Below, piece after piece: positions 36,501 to 50,200 of a DNA stretch of 64,000 nt. The DNA comes from Blasia pusilla. Its lineage: Eukaryota. Both the position numbers and the translations under genes were made by a program. The stretch is from NCBI GenBank assembly GCA_050084515.1, contig CM114271.1:20460001-20524000 (forward strand). The letters are read 5' to 3'. The notes below the pieces were generated by a model. The model searched no databases. It was not told the origin of the DNA and worked only from the letters and a program-made list of their open reading frames with translations. Each line of letters starts with the position of its first letter. The first letter of the stretch is position 1.

Positions 36501-38954
36501 TACACGCTCCCCCTAGTCTGAAGATGACACAAAAGGAGATCGAGGTGGTCTCTCACGTGGAGACCCTCGAAACCTCGCACCACTCGGGGTAAACCCTTCA
36601 GAGCTACTCTCAGGTCCACTACCTTGCCTCTCAAAATCCCAAAAAGGATACGGCGATGACCCTCGTGCCCTTCTCACACGATCATTCTCAATCTCGCGAG
36701 TGATCCCTCAATCAGTCAAACTAAACATGCGGCACTCAATCTCTACTCTCTCACTGAGACGTGTGCTATGCGGCAACAAGCGGCGTGGTCAAAAAATCAA
36801 GTGATTTATCGTCTCATCGACAAATCATCCTCAACTCTGGACATCCCACACAGGTCTATGTCCCCTAAACCCATACATCATCGATGCTCTCAGCATCAAC
36901 ACAAAACCCAATATCCCAAATAACTTCCCAATACCAGAAATCCCTCACACGTGCAGGGTGAGAGACCAGAATGAGTAACCTAACAATAATGTCGATGGCA
37001 CTCCTTGGCAACTGCAAATCTCAACCCCAACTCGGTCGTGAAGACAACTCCTCCAATCAACAAGTCGTACTCCTCTCGTACTGACACTGCTCAAACCTCC
37101 TCAATATGCGGTGCGGATCCAACAGTACGATGCGGCACTGGCCATATGAAATGGCTACAGAACAACACCACACTCGATAATGGGATGCGTCACTCTGCGG
37201 CATACCCTCCTCAATCAGCAATACACACTCTCTGCTCCTTAGTGAAGGAGCGGCTCCGCGATCTAGACGGTACGGTGCGGCCACGAGCGGCACGACGTGG
37301 CAATCGACGACGCGTTGCGACTACGGGCATCACGGCACAGTACTCGATCTTCGTCGAGCGGCCACCAATCACAACATAGCAAAATGAAATGAAAACTCAA
37401 ATACCATAACCCAAGCTGACCTGCTATCACTCGTTGATGTCAAAACTACGATGACGATGACGCCACAAAAAGTACGTGGTGGCGGCGCAAGTCAGAGAAT
37501 CATTAGTTGCCATGGAAGACCGTCCATTCCGTAACGGTGGCAATGGCAACCAATGGAGGACAATGGCCGAACACCGCTCTGAACGGTGGTAGGTGCCAGC
37601 GGCGATTGACGGTGGACGGCGGACGATGGACCGTTAACGGCGCATTGTCGACAGTGACGGTGGATTGTTGATGGTGACGGTCGACCGTTGATGGTGACAA
37701 TTGACCGTTGATGGAGGACCATTGAAGGCAACGGCCGCCGTTGGCACGGCAGCTGGTTTAGGATTTGAACAATTTTACCCTAAAAATTGCCTAACAATGG
37801 CAGTTTTGCAAAATCACCCATAATGTTTTGCTTGCAGCTCCAAATCACGCATCGTCTATTGCACATCGTGCATAACTTCACGATCTAGCATGGCATCAAA
37901 AACTATTTTGAATCGGACCTTCCAATAAAAATTGAAGGGGACTGTTGTTAATCCCAACGTCTCTTCTCCTACAAAAATTTTGGCAGCGTTTCCGTGCTGA
38001 TTTCTCCCAATGAAAATATAAAACCTGTGAAAATACAAATCAGCAAGCTATGTGGTGCTCCCGAGAGCACCGTCATGGGGCAACCCGCCCCCATACTCAA
38101 TCCCTATCAGAAATTGGGAGTGCTTCCGCGCGCCACTTTCTCAAATGAAAAATCGGCACACAAACGTCAAAACAACGTGCCTCTTGCTCCCTTGAGCACT
38201 CCCATGAGCCATGAAGCGGGGAACACGGTTACCAACTTGCACCAAACATAGAGCAACCAGCGAGCTCCTCCATGAAGCTCTCTCACCCTCTCATTCTCTC
38301 TTTGTAAAATAAAGTGAAATCTCTCTTACAACACCATAGCTCTCACATGTGTACACTCTCATATGTCTCTCTCAATGTCAAACCAAATCCACTCTCCTAA
38401 TGAGAGGCTTCGGTTACACTCACAAGACAAGGGACCATAGCTCCGCCACCTCGTGCCAAGAGGTTCAACAAAGAGAGAATGAGCTCTCAAAGTCTCTCTC
38501 CTTGAGGTATACCCCTCCCCTCTTCCAAGCTCTCTCAATGGTAACCTATGCTCCCAAGTCACCTCCTTGGCTCTTGACCCAATGTAGGAGGTCAAGGGCC
38601 ACTTTCCAAAATAAAAGTTGACCATATACTCAAAATGATAATTATCTAAAATAGTAAGTTTTTCTCAATATGGCTCCAAATGAACCGAAACAAAGAGGAA
38701 AACTTGCTCTCTTAGGTTTCTCGGGGCCTCAGCAAGTCATCCTCGACCGCCAGAGTCTCCCCTCCACTACTTGCGAAGGCGCTTTACTAGATCTCATCGA
38801 TCTATCCTAAAAAACGTGACATATTTGAGAGATCTTGATTTATTGGAGATACTTTTGTACACGATCGTCTCTATGGTTTGGATGTCATGAGTTAGTATGG
38901 TATCTTGTAGGTTTTTGTGTGTATTTTGTGAAAACGATCAGTATGCGCACAACA
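33572..38954 (+). mobile_element. Solo A-B unit of split-repeat subfamily 2, interrupted by copy S4
   Basis: A part 33572-34056 and B part 38822-38954 are the reverse complement of 48612-49406. TSD TGTT at 33568-33571 and 38955-38958. Confidence 0.8.
34057..38821 (-). mobile_element. Split-repeat subfamily 2 copy S4, non-autonomous (A1-gag-PR-deletion-B)
   Basis: Ends tgttgtgcgc (34057) and aacgtgaca (38821). TSD TATT at 34053-34056 and 38822-38825. Protease VLLDSGAQPMMLG at ~34440 and gag at 35400-36600 are homologous to S1-S3. Confidence 0.85.
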
Positions 38955-40039
38955 TGTTAGATCCGCAAGCCCTAGCTGCGTTCTCCATCAACACGTGAGC
39001 GTGCACTAGTTGTGAGGATATCTAGAAAGCACCCACTAACTCTAGAGACCTGCAAGCCTTGGAAGTGAGACCTAGACTATCTTCGTGTTTCAGGCGTGCG
39101 GACGCCCAAAAGGCATCCTCAAGCTCTCCAAGAGTACACGAACTGGAAAGAAGATTAAAGAAAAATTAAAAATTACTACATTAATTTTTAGCATCATTGT
39201 CAAATTTTAGGGGAAAGAATTGGAAGTAGGAGAGAGAATTGATTAACACGTGTAGTAGTTGGGAGCATCCATGGCCATAGATGTACGGGCGTTTCAGTCG
39301 GGGCTTCCACGCAACGGCTGAGCATTGCCAATTCATCTGCCATAGCCAGCGAGAGCGTGGGTAGAATTGGCGAGCTCCAAGAGCGCGCACGTGTGTTAAG
39401 AGACTGGACCTTTACCTCAATTCGAAATCAATCTCGTTTCGGCTCGTTATTCATGCACACATTGCCGTCGGTGTGCGTAAGCGGCTAACATTGCAGGAGT
39501 ACCATATCTCCATTGCGCGCTCGATTGCGACTATGGTGTCCCTTGACGGTGTTCGATGCTTCTGCTCTTCGGGCTGTTCGCTCCGTCTACTCTTTCTTAC
39601 TGCAAACGAGGCCGAACCCTTGTGAATTGCGGTGCGGTGAACTCTGGGGAGATTCGGCATGGTTACTGTAAGTGATCGGTTTCGGTTGAAGATGGAGGCC
39701 GGGGGTTTATGCTGAGGTTTAGTGAGGAGTCCTGAACATCAATCATGACATTGACGAGTTCCAGGATGCCGGGCATGGACCCGGGTGTGCTCATTCGAGC
39801 GCGTGTGCCGATTCTTCGGGTTTCGAATCTCATCACCACGAATTTTATTCGTACCGAGGAGAATGAAGCCAAGGTGCTACCACTGACTTTATTGTGATGG
39901 ACAGTAGGTTAATTGACGAAGTTCTCGCCATGATTTGTCTCAATTGGTGCGTTGGAATTCCCCCGTTGCTAATGGAAGAAAGGTATTTCCCGTAGGCAGT
40001 GGATTCGAACAGATTTGCTCTGAGTAGGCCCTCAGTGAA

Positions 40040-42010
40040 ATGAAATTGTGTGCAGTATATGTTGAACTGATGTGTGTATCGCAGGGTGGCACGCGGGGAC
40101 GCAAGGGAATGCAGGGATGCGTCGCGAGCACTGGTTCATCGGAGCCGCATTCACCGATGTCCAGGACGAAATCGGCAGAAAGACTGGAACCTTCTCGCGA
40201 GAGTTCAAGCTCACGCCACATAGGGCGATGGATGCATCAGCCAGATCACTTGATAGATTTGCAAGAAATATTGGATGCTTTGAAGGGAACTGAAGGTGCT
40301 GAAGAGTTGGAGACCGTCATGAGTCAGTGGAAAGGAAAACTTTCGTTTAGGCTGATGGTGACTCTCTTGAATCAAGAACGAGATTGGCAGCGGTCTTTGG
40401 CCCTCCATGATTGGATGGTGGAAAAAGGAGGATACCGACCATCGATTTTCTCCTACAACATTGTGGTCCGGAATGTCCTCAAGGCGAGAAGGTGGACTCT
40501 CGGAGAAGGACTCGTGGCGGAAATGGTTCAAAATGGTGTAGGACCTGACAAATGTACTTACTCTACTCTGATAAGCGCTTTCGGTAAGGCAGGAAAGTTC
40601 GACTCCGCTTTCATGTGGTTCGAAAAGATGGAGGAGAATGGTGTCGCGCCTGATTTGATTACGTACAGCACGCTTATCGAGCTGTCAGGAAAGGTAAAGG
40701 ATTTCTCGCGGGCTGTTTCTCTTTTCTCGAAATTGAGGTCTGCTGGTATCAAGCCAGATCGAGTTGTTTTCAACTCCATGATCAACATGTTTGGGAAGGC
40801 TAAACTCTACAGAGAGGCAGAGAGCCTTCTGCAGGAGATGACTTCCATCGGAATCGAAGCCGACACCGTCACTTACAGTGTTTTGATCCATGCGTACTCG
40901 GAATCTGGAAAATTTGAGGAGGCCCGGGAAGTGTTCGCAGAGATGAAACGCAAAGACGTTAGTCTTGACCCTACTACTTGCAATATGATGATAGATGTAT
41001 ACGGGAAACTAGGCCTTGCTTCTGAAGCAGAGAGCCTATTCCGGAGTATGAGAGAACTCGGTGTATATCCTAATGTGGTAACTTTCAATACTATGATCAA
41101 AGTTTATGGGGAGGTTGAAGCTCTGGCCAATGCTTTCGCTCTGTTTAACACAATGGAGAAGAAGGGCATTACACCCAATATAGTCACGTATAACACCGTT
41201 ATGAAGCTCTATGCCATGCAAAATAACGATGAAAGGGCCACAAGATTACTGAAAAAAATGGAAAATCGTGGCGTCGAGCCCAACGCAATGACATATTCTA
41301 CTCTTATATCAATATACGGTAAAGCAGGAAAATATGACAAGGCTGCTCTTCTTTTCCAAAGCTTGCGTGGCCGAGATTTTCCCATGGATCAAATTCTTTA
41401 TCAATCCATGGTGGTTGTTTACGAAAAGGCAGGCTTCATGGCTCATGCCCAGCGGCTTCTTCAGGAGCTCCATAACCCTTTGACAGTATCTCGAAACACG
41501 GCAATCAACGTCTTAGCGAAGGCTGGGAAGTTGGAAGAAGCTATCAAGCTCTTTCTGACAGCGTATGAAGCGGGCGAGGTGACGGACGCTTCTGTCTACA
41601 GAAACATGATGGAACTCCTGGCGAGTAACAAAAGAACCTACCGTGTGCTCGATGTATACGGGAAGATGAGGCAGACAGATTTTATACCCGATTCCTACAC
41701 TTGCCTGCTGGTGATAGAATCTTATGGCAAGCTTGGATGCGTCAAAGAAGCAGAGGACTTGTACCACGAGATGAAGAGGGAGGGCTTTGTGATAGATGAA
41801 GAAGTTCATTGGCAAATGATGCATTTCTACGGCAAAGCAGGTGACATCGAACGAGCAGAGAGGCTCTTTGAGGATTTGAAAGCAGAAGGAGGCTTGCCCG
41901 AAGACCGACTATACCTGAACATGATGCGTGTATACGAAAGAGCAAACAGACTTGATGATGCATCTAGAGTTTTCCAAGAAATGAAAGCAAGAGAAACTGC
42001 ACTATCGTAA
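40040..42010 (+). CDS. P-type pentatricopeptide-repeat protein, intronless, similar to Arabidopsis At5g39980 (plastid PPR)
   Basis: Intact 656-aa ORF with tandem 35-aa PPR motifs (P(D/N)xxTYxxLI). The N-terminal ERDWQRSLALHDW...PSIFSYNIVVRNVLKA matches the At5g39980 family as I recall it. Confidence 0.93.
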   Translation: MKLCAVYVELMCVSQGGTRGRKGMQGCVASTGSSEPHSPMSRTKSAERLEPSRESSSSRHIGRWMHQPDHLIDLQEILDALKGTEGAEELETVMSQWKGKLSFRLMVTLLNQERDWQRSLALHDWMVEKGGYRPSIFSYNIVVRNVLKARRWTLGEGLVAEMVQNGVGPDKCTYSTLISAFGKAGKFDSAFMWFEKMEENGVAPDLITYSTLIELSGKVKDFSRAVSLFSKLRSAGIKPDRVVFNSMINMFGKAKLYREAESLLQEMTSIGIEADTVTYSVLIHAYSESGKFEEAREVFAEMKRKDVSLDPTTCNMMIDVYGKLGLASEAESLFRSMRELGVYPNVVTFNTMIKVYGEVEALANAFALFNTMEKKGITPNIVTYNTVMKLYAMQNNDERATRLLKKMENRGVEPNAMTYSTLISIYGKAGKYDKAALLFQSLRGRDFPMDQILYQSMVVVYEKAGFMAHAQRLLQELHNPLTVSRNTAINVLAKAGKLEEAIKLFLTAYEAGEVTDASVYRNMMELLASNKRTYRVLDVYGKMRQTDFIPDSYTCLLVIESYGKLGCVKEAEDLYHEMKREGFVIDEEVHWQMMHFYGKAGDIERAERLFEDLKAEGGLPEDRLYLNMMRVYERANRLDDASRVFQEMKARETALS

Positions 42011-45000
42011 TCAGCCTTCAGAGCACAATGTGTGAGTCTAATCGACTTGTGATTGCCATCTCCATGGTTGGTTTATGATGGTTTTAGCTGGCGTTGGATT
42101 TTGGAGATGTGTTGATAATTGGTTAGTCATAGTCCGTCAATTTCTTTCGAGAGGCCCTTCAGAGAGTCCAGTAACAGTTACACGCTTTGAGGCTACTTTA
42201 GATCCTCAGAGACTTCTGGATACTCTTGGGTCATGTCATCTTCCTCTGAGGGTGTCATTTCATACTCTCCCGTCTAACCCCCCCAAGCTGTTGCCCGCCT
42301 TCCCACTTGAGCAATCATGGATCTGAGAGGGAATTTCATATGAAGCATCTTGTCACGATCCTGGATGTCCACTAATAATTTTGTATCTTTTCTCCTACTA
42401 TTTCAGTGTTGGATTCACGCTCAAAGAACTTTGAAACAGAAGATCTCCCACCAATGCCTTTTACAGCAGCATTGTATATTTCGTCTTACACTTCATTTTT
42501 GCGAGATATGTTTTCAGGTCTGCTAATGAACTATTTTTTTGTCAGACTCCTTCTGCCAGTGCCTTCCCTGCTCCAAGGGCTGCTGCCTCAAAAGTCATTT
42601 ACGCCGGATGTGGTTGGATGTTATGAGGATACCTCAAAGGTGTGTGCCCAGTCGTATCTTGATCCTTTATTTGACACACTTAGTGAGATGAGGTCTGTAC
42701 ACTGCACCTTGTCACTAAACGAAAATTGACATATTTTGTGGATCCAAATTGCTGAATAAATATCAGACTGCACCACTTGCTTGCTCTTGCAATTGGAATA
42801 GTTACTAATGTGTGGGTTGGCTCTTGTAATGTGTGATAGGTTAATAGATGTATGGGAAGAAGAGAATATACAATGACTGTATTCAATGTACATATGACTA
42901 GCCAGATTGTATTGGGTATTCGGCCATTGGATAGATGTGCAACCACAAGTTGGTCCTTCAACCGTTCCAATAATACTCAGATAAGTACCTTTGTCTCTTA
43001 CGTTCAGGCTGAAATGAAAATCATGGAAGATTGTGGGCTGTCAACTTTCTTGCTCTCAAAACTAGCGCTGAAGTCAAGACATGGTCTCATTTTGCTCTTC
43101 AACCAACAAACGGAAAAGGTTGTGGAGATTGATTTGAGTACGTTACTCACTGAATACGGGCTCAAAGACAGAGTCATGTTGGGTTGAATTCTTGAAAACA
43201 AATGTGAAATCAATTCCAGATAGGAATGATGTGATTATCCTGCTTCTCTCATCTGTGTGGGTTAATGTGTGTTTCCTATGTTCATAGCACTCCATCTAAG
43301 CATATTAGAGAAGAAATCTGTGGCAGTCAGTTGATTTTATCTCAACCTGAAAGGAGACTATTGATGAACTGGGCTTTCTACCGGAGTTTACAGATTTCTG
43401 TAATCGGTTTTCAAACATGATCAATCCGTTTTAGAATTTCAGACTCCCACATCTTTCCTTCTGGATGTCATTATCACGCAGTGCAATAGTTTCACTGTGT
43501 AGTCATGAGCCTGGAAATTTTCTCAGTTTGAATCATCAAAGTGAGTAAAGGTCAGTTAGCTGGGTACTCTGGCTCTGCGATTACTGATTTTGTTGGGTCC
43601 AGTGGTCCAATGTGTGTACTTTCTCTCTCAAGTACAGGATGGTAGAGAAAGTCTGGCTTGAGATTCCTGTCTTTCTCTAGACATCAGTACGAGTTTAGTA
43701 GCTTATTTAGGGGTGCTTGCATCGATCATCCATGCATTAGGATGAATAGAAGATTGGATCACTTGGATTGCCAACTCCTTCCTATTTAAGGTACAAACAG
43801 TATGTATTGGGCAGAAAGAAAATCTCTGGCCAAGTTTGTGGTTTGGACGCTTTATATGAGTACCTCAAGGATAAAACCCCCAGTGCGAAGAGGAATCTCC
43901 CTTCTCAGTGCCCCAAACTCATCTTGTTGAAATACCTTCCGGATGAGGAATGCCTGATTCATGGGTTCCACACCCTTCTGCAGGGTTTCCCTAGTGGAGT
44001 TTCAGCTTTGAAGTGACTTTTGTACTTCACACAAATTACATGAGAAAGGGAGTCCCTGCAGGAAAAGGATGGGGAAGTGGAAGATAAACGAGGGTAATTC
44101 TAAGAGCTGATGGTAAACGAGGCCAACAAGAGCAAATGAAGAGAAAGTAGAAAAGTCTAGGAAGATTGAACTATTGGCCTATTGCACGACGTAGCCTTGC
44201 GACCATAGTTATTGTTCCCTGGGAGGAGGATGTCTGGTTGCTGATGTTGCAGATGAACGAAGTGAAGAGGGTTACAGATTAGGAAACGGGACTTCCGTTA
44301 TATATTGGTATTGCTCGTCACTCAAGGCATTGTTTTGGGACAACATTACTTCTCTTTTCTCTGAAATTCCCAAGTACACTTGGACAGATGTGATTGTTGG
44401 CAAGGTTTTCACAGTAAATGCTTGCAATTTCACACACCTGGACAGATATTTAGAGGTTTAAAGTTCCTTCGGTATATAAGAATAAGGGGAAAAATCTAGA
44501 GTTAAAAGCTAGAAGTAGTCGAAGTAGGATTCTTCATTGAAGTCTCTCATCTATACCCACATCACAAAATTCGAATGGTGTCTTTTTATTCCGTTCATGC
44601 ACAAGGTGCCTTTCACAGACATAATCTGATTTCCATGGAAAAGAAAATGCACAACATCTACCCACGACGATCTCAAATTCATGTGAATTAAATCCTATGC
44701 GAAATTAATTCAATTTAATACGCACGCGAGATTCTATTATTACTTGCATTACTTATGACGAGTTAGTTCCATAATTGACACTTGACAGATTTCTATGTGA
44801 CTGACTTGGGAAACATTCAAACGTGAATTTTCCAGGTCAGATTTCTGTGGTTGGAACCTTACAGCACGAAACATCCGACTGGCAAATTTTCAAGTAACCA
44901 TGTTTCCCTTCCAAGAAAAGACCTAGAAAGGAAATTTCACGTCAAAAACATCCTTTCAAGAAATGTTCAAGTCAAATTCCTGCCACCCGGAAGTCTGACA

Positions 45001-45449
45001 CAAATAAACAAGAAATGAAGACTGCAACTGAAGCCAGTGAGAATTTATAGTGGGAAACATCCGAGCTAACAAAATTTCAAATCCTATTTTATCTTGGAAA
45101 TTCTTTACCAAAATAAACCAGTGGAAAAATGTTAAAATAAAATAAAGTTGCATAAGCGAAAATTTCTATCTAAACTGTCCATCACTTTTTCAATTCGAAG
45201 AACTTCTTGAGGGCGGGGAGGCCGCCTTTCGTCTCTTCGGAGCCGATTTCGGCCCGTGGGTTTTTTGGCTCTCTATGCCCCCCTCCTTGGTATCCCCATG
45301 GGATTTCCATCCCAGTTTCTATTAAATTGTATATTCCTTTCTTTTCACTCTATTCTATCAACTTACAACAATTATTCTCTACTATCCTCTTAAATCCATT
45401 TTATTATGAGAAAAATTTCAAACAGGACAAAGAAAGGTAATAACATCTC

Positions 45450-47000
45450 AAAAAAGAGGAATCAAAAAATACATAATGGAATGCAAAAAGAAAATAGTAA
45501 CAAACCAACACAAGCACCAATTGAACTAGCTACGCGATTGATAGCGTGAAACATATTTGGCAAGAACACTTGTGGTTGGTAAGACATGAATAGACGATGA
45601 GACGAGCAACCCCCCACCATTTTTGAATGACGTATCAATGCCAAACCTTGTGCACGTTGTAAGGCTATTGAGATGGATTGCCGAAAATAAGTAGTAACTA
45701 CACAGAGAGAGGGACTACGAGAAGGGCAAGGTGATAATTCTTGAAGGAGTGGTGAGCACATGTTTTCAAGAACGTATTAAAAGACACATGTAAATGACTG
45801 AATACTTCCACTGCTAACGGAATAAATCCATCGGTCTCAAATCTCACAACATAATTTAATTCTTTGATTTTTGCTTCTACTTTGGCCGCCGAAACTTTGG
45901 TATGCGCGGCTTGACACACCAAGTCAGAATGTGGTGGATCGTTGCTCCAAAAAATGGGTATAAGCAGGAACCACTTCCAAAGGAGGATCTATAATGTGAG
46001 TATCAAAAAAATGTAAGGGAAGCAACAAGATGGAAATGCTTGGGCTGATGCTCAAAGGGCACGAAATTGTGCAATGGCAAAGAGAGGGCCACCCATGAGA
46101 TCACCTTGACGTATGCCACAAGGTGATTGGAGAATACTATATTCTCCGGAAGAAGCATGATGAGAATAGATAACGGGCGAATCATAGGCATAGAAGGATC
46201 AGACAAATTGAATGAGACTTGTAAGTTGTCCTCATGCACAACGTAACTCCTCAAATATGGCTGCACGATAAATTAAATTGAATGCGTTAGCCACATCGAT
46301 TTGAATTGCTACTGAGTTTGGATGAATATTAAGAGGGAGCGAATCGCATGCACCACAACCTCACAACCACAAGGGGTTGCCACTCCAAATTGATGAGGAA
46401 ATAAGCGGGCACTAAAGTGAGGATGAAATTGCAAGCATAGGGATCAACTAACCACGCAGTACAAAACCTCTCCAATAGCCAAAGGCTAGCCACCTAAAGG
46501 AGGCTTATCTATAGCCAATAAATGGCAAGCCCCTAAGAGCCTAGAGATAGAGAATGGGAGACGATCTGGCTGGAATATGTGCACATACCTAATAAAGAGA
46601 GAAAGCCACTTGCCGAATTTTCCGGGATAAAGAAATAGCAAAGATTCCTTGATAACCCAATTTGTTGATAAGCAAGGAGTATGAAGAAAACCCTTGTAAA
46701 AACCTCTAAGTCAAACTCCAAGTCAAGATCAATTGGATAGTATTCCACAAAAGGTGCTTCATCACCACGTGAAGGAGGGTGAAAAGCTTCTAAGAGAGCC
46801 ACTATGTCCACACTTGGAACCCCTAGAGAGAGAGGATCCAATGCTCAAGCTGAGCGTGAAAACTCACCAACTTGCCCCAAAAGTAGACTTCGTCGAAGGT
46901 GTTGTTGTATTGAAAGCCTCCTAATATTGGCATGTTGAGCGGGATGAGCCGCAACAAAGGGCTCTGCTGAAGATTCTTCCAATCCCCAAATATATAACAC
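45450..47000 (-). mobile_element. Decayed CRE-like non-LTR retrotransposon (RT plus restriction-like endonuclease remnant)
   Basis: Minus-strand fragments PLAIGEVL, PHQFGVATPCGCEVVVHAIR, DVANAFN and GIRQGDLMGGPLFA, then C-terminal FIPLAVEVF and RQSISIALQRAQ. Confidence 0.72.
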
Positions 47001-47200
47001 GGAATACATGTGGATGTTTCATGATGACCCATAGCACCACCCATTGGAGGGAGGACTAAAAACCATTGTGGGAAGAGTAATAAGAGATACCAAACATTGA
47101 TATAATTGGGATCACAACTAACCTTTCTAATGAGACAAGTAATACTTGTTGTGTGATGGGGCTAATATCACTAAAGGAGACCTAATGGAAAGAGGGAAGG

Positions 47201-50200
47201 TGTCGTGCGCATACATATCACTACACAACATATATCGCTGGTCACATCTACACCACACAACATTGATCTTCCCCATACACGGGTAGATCCACACATGTAC
47301 AGAAATCAAATCATACATATACATGGAGATCACACAACTCCTCAACCTCATCCGACACCGTGGGACAAAGTTACACTCAAGAGAGTCCGCTAGCTCCTAC
47401 ACCCTATCCACGATAGATCTCGGCCTATCGGCTACTCAGATGTGACAACTGTCGTGCGCATACATATCGCTACACAACATACATCGCTGGTCACATCTAC
47501 ACCACACAACACCGATCTTCCCCATACACGGGTAGATTCACACATGTACAGAAATCAACTCATACATATACATGGAGATCACACAACCGACCCCCTAGTT
47601 GGAAGTTGGATCCCCCCAACTCCAGATAGAAAATATCTTATCTCTCTGACATGATCTACTAGCCTATACACATCTCGGACATATCCATCGTCTTGTGGGA
47701 ACTACATCAAGAGGGGGGGTCAGACATGACATATGCCACCCTTGAAAACAACCATCACATACCAACATGGTGGCTGCACCCCTCGCAAATCCGCACAACA
47801 TACACCTCAAGCCTGCAAGTACCACTGCCAAGCTTGGACCCACTATCTCGTCCACGTTTGGAAGATGACATAGCGCAAAATGGCGCACATGATTCTTCCA
47901 AACCATACCATCCCGTCCTTCCAACATGAGGACTCCGGTCGGTAATACCTTGCGCACATGTAAGATCGTGCGTCATGCAGTGATATCTAGCAACGTGGGT
48001 GCTGCCTGTTGTTAATACACGTAATCTCCAGGATGAAACCTCCTAATCCCTGGACAATAACCTCCTCCATGAATGGTCGCATACCTGAATGTATCTCTAT
48101 GCTGAGCAATAGTTAAGTTCTCAAAGGCCATGGGCATAACTCTACGAAAAATCTCTGCCCTCTATGAACACGCTTGTACCCACACATCTCGATCATCAAG
48201 ATCTAACACCTTCGCCATGTCACGTCGAATAGCTGCAGGTAAATGTGGCTCTCTCCCAAAGAGCAAAAAGTACGTGAAAATGACGCCAAGGATGCCTACC
48301 GACTAAAGGTAACCCACTAGCCAACCTCAAAGGTCCCACTCCCTAGCCCCCGCTGCAAGCCATACTTGTGCAATTCTCTCTTCACCGTCTGTACCACTCT
48401 CTCCGCCAACCCATCCGCCTCAGGATGATCTCTGGACGTGGTGCGGTGACCTATCATCGCCTGATCACACAAGCCTGAAACTCTCCCCTGAACTCAATAC
48501 CCTGGTCAGTCAACACCTCCGCCGGTGCACCAAAGTGACTAAGCACACGATCTAGAAACGCATAAGCTGTTCCCTCGCTCGCCTTGTCTGGTAGTGCCAC
48601 CAACTCTATCTTGTCGTGCGCATACACATTGCTACACAACATACATCGCTGTCACCGAACACACACACAAACACGAACATAACTTGGACTTGAGAAGCGG
48701 ATGAGGCATTCAACCAAATCAAGGAGATCCTATTGCAAGAACCAATGTAGAAGCTATTGGAGTCTTACAAACCATTTGAGGTGCATACTGGTGCTAGTAA
48801 TTTTGCTATTGCAGGAATATTGGTGAAGGATGATCCCATGCTAACTCATGGCATCCAAACAACGAGACAAGAAGTACCAAAATATCTCCAATTAAAGTAA
48901 GATCCAATCTCTCTCTCCACCATCTCACAACATAGCTCTCAAAGATGTGCACTCTCTCTCATGTCAAACCAAACCCACTCTCCTAATGAGAGGCTTGGGT
49001 TACACTCACAAGGCGAGATACCATAGCTCCGCCGCCTCATGCCAAGAGGTTCAACAAAGAGAGAATGAACTCTCAAGCTCTCTCTCCTTGAGGTATACCC
49101 CTCCCCTCTCCCAAGCTCTCTCCATGGTAACCTATTCTCCCAAGTCACCTCCTTGGCTCTTGACCTGATGTAGGAGGTCAAGGGCCACTTACCAAAAATA
49201 GAAAGTCGATCATATACTTAAAATGGTACTTACCTAAAATAGTAAGTTCCTCAATATGGCTCCAAATGAGCCGAAACGAAGGGGAAACTTGCTCTCTCAA
49301 GTTTCGTGGGGCCTCAGCAAGTCATCCGCGACCTACTGAGCGTATCCTCCACTACTCACGTAGACACTCTATTAGATCTCACCGATCTATCCTAAAAGAC
49401 GTGACAATTCACTTGGAGAAATGCTCCACCATGACCAACACGTACCTACGATGATGCCCCGTCAATGGCAAAGGTCCCGCAAAGTCTAAACTCCACCGAT
49501 AACCTAAACCCATAATCGGCAAAGGATGTAACTGCAGAGTGGGAGCATTGAAGGATGCCCGTATCTATCAAACCATACATCTGGCCACAAACTGCTGTAC
49601 CCGAGTATGCATGCCGCGCCACCAATACTGAACATGGAGTAAGTTGTAAGTACGCTTTACTCCGAAATGTCCCAACTCCTCACGCGCATGTCGCAATACA
49701 CGTGCTCGCTGGGAAGGATGAGGTATCACTCGTATCCTACCATCTCGCCATATCCGCAAAATGTGAGTCCCCTCCCACCTGAACCTCTTGGCTCTCTGTA
49801 GGATCCGATCCCGCCCCTAGCACTCATCAGACTTAATGACGCCAATGCGCAAGAACTCCACAACCTCCCCGTCGTCATGGATATCATGACCAACTGTCGC
49901 CTCCTCACTGACCTCCGGATCCAAAGACTCATCATCCAACCCCACCATTGGAGTCATCACTTGCGATTGACCTACCATAGTCAACCAACAAAGATAGGCA
50001 GATGCATGCCAATTGGGCACCATCTCCTCATCACTCTCTTCGTGCCATGGAGCTCTAGTGTCATCTCTCTGACTTAGACATGGGTTACGACTCAACCCAT
50101 TCGCATCCTGGTTTAGCCAACTTGGCCTATGAACCACCTCAAACTCATACTCATGTAGTAATAGAGCCCACCTAGCAAGCTTTCCGGTAAGCTTTTCGGA

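Noticed and set aside
37550-37740. Degenerate gttgatggtgac-type short repeats
   Set aside because: Low-complexity sequence within the 5' UTR of S4 with no evidence of separate function.
42075-45200. Short ORFs downstream of the PPR gene
   Set aside because: No domains or consistent exon chain. Probably 3' UTR, intron or intergenic sequence.
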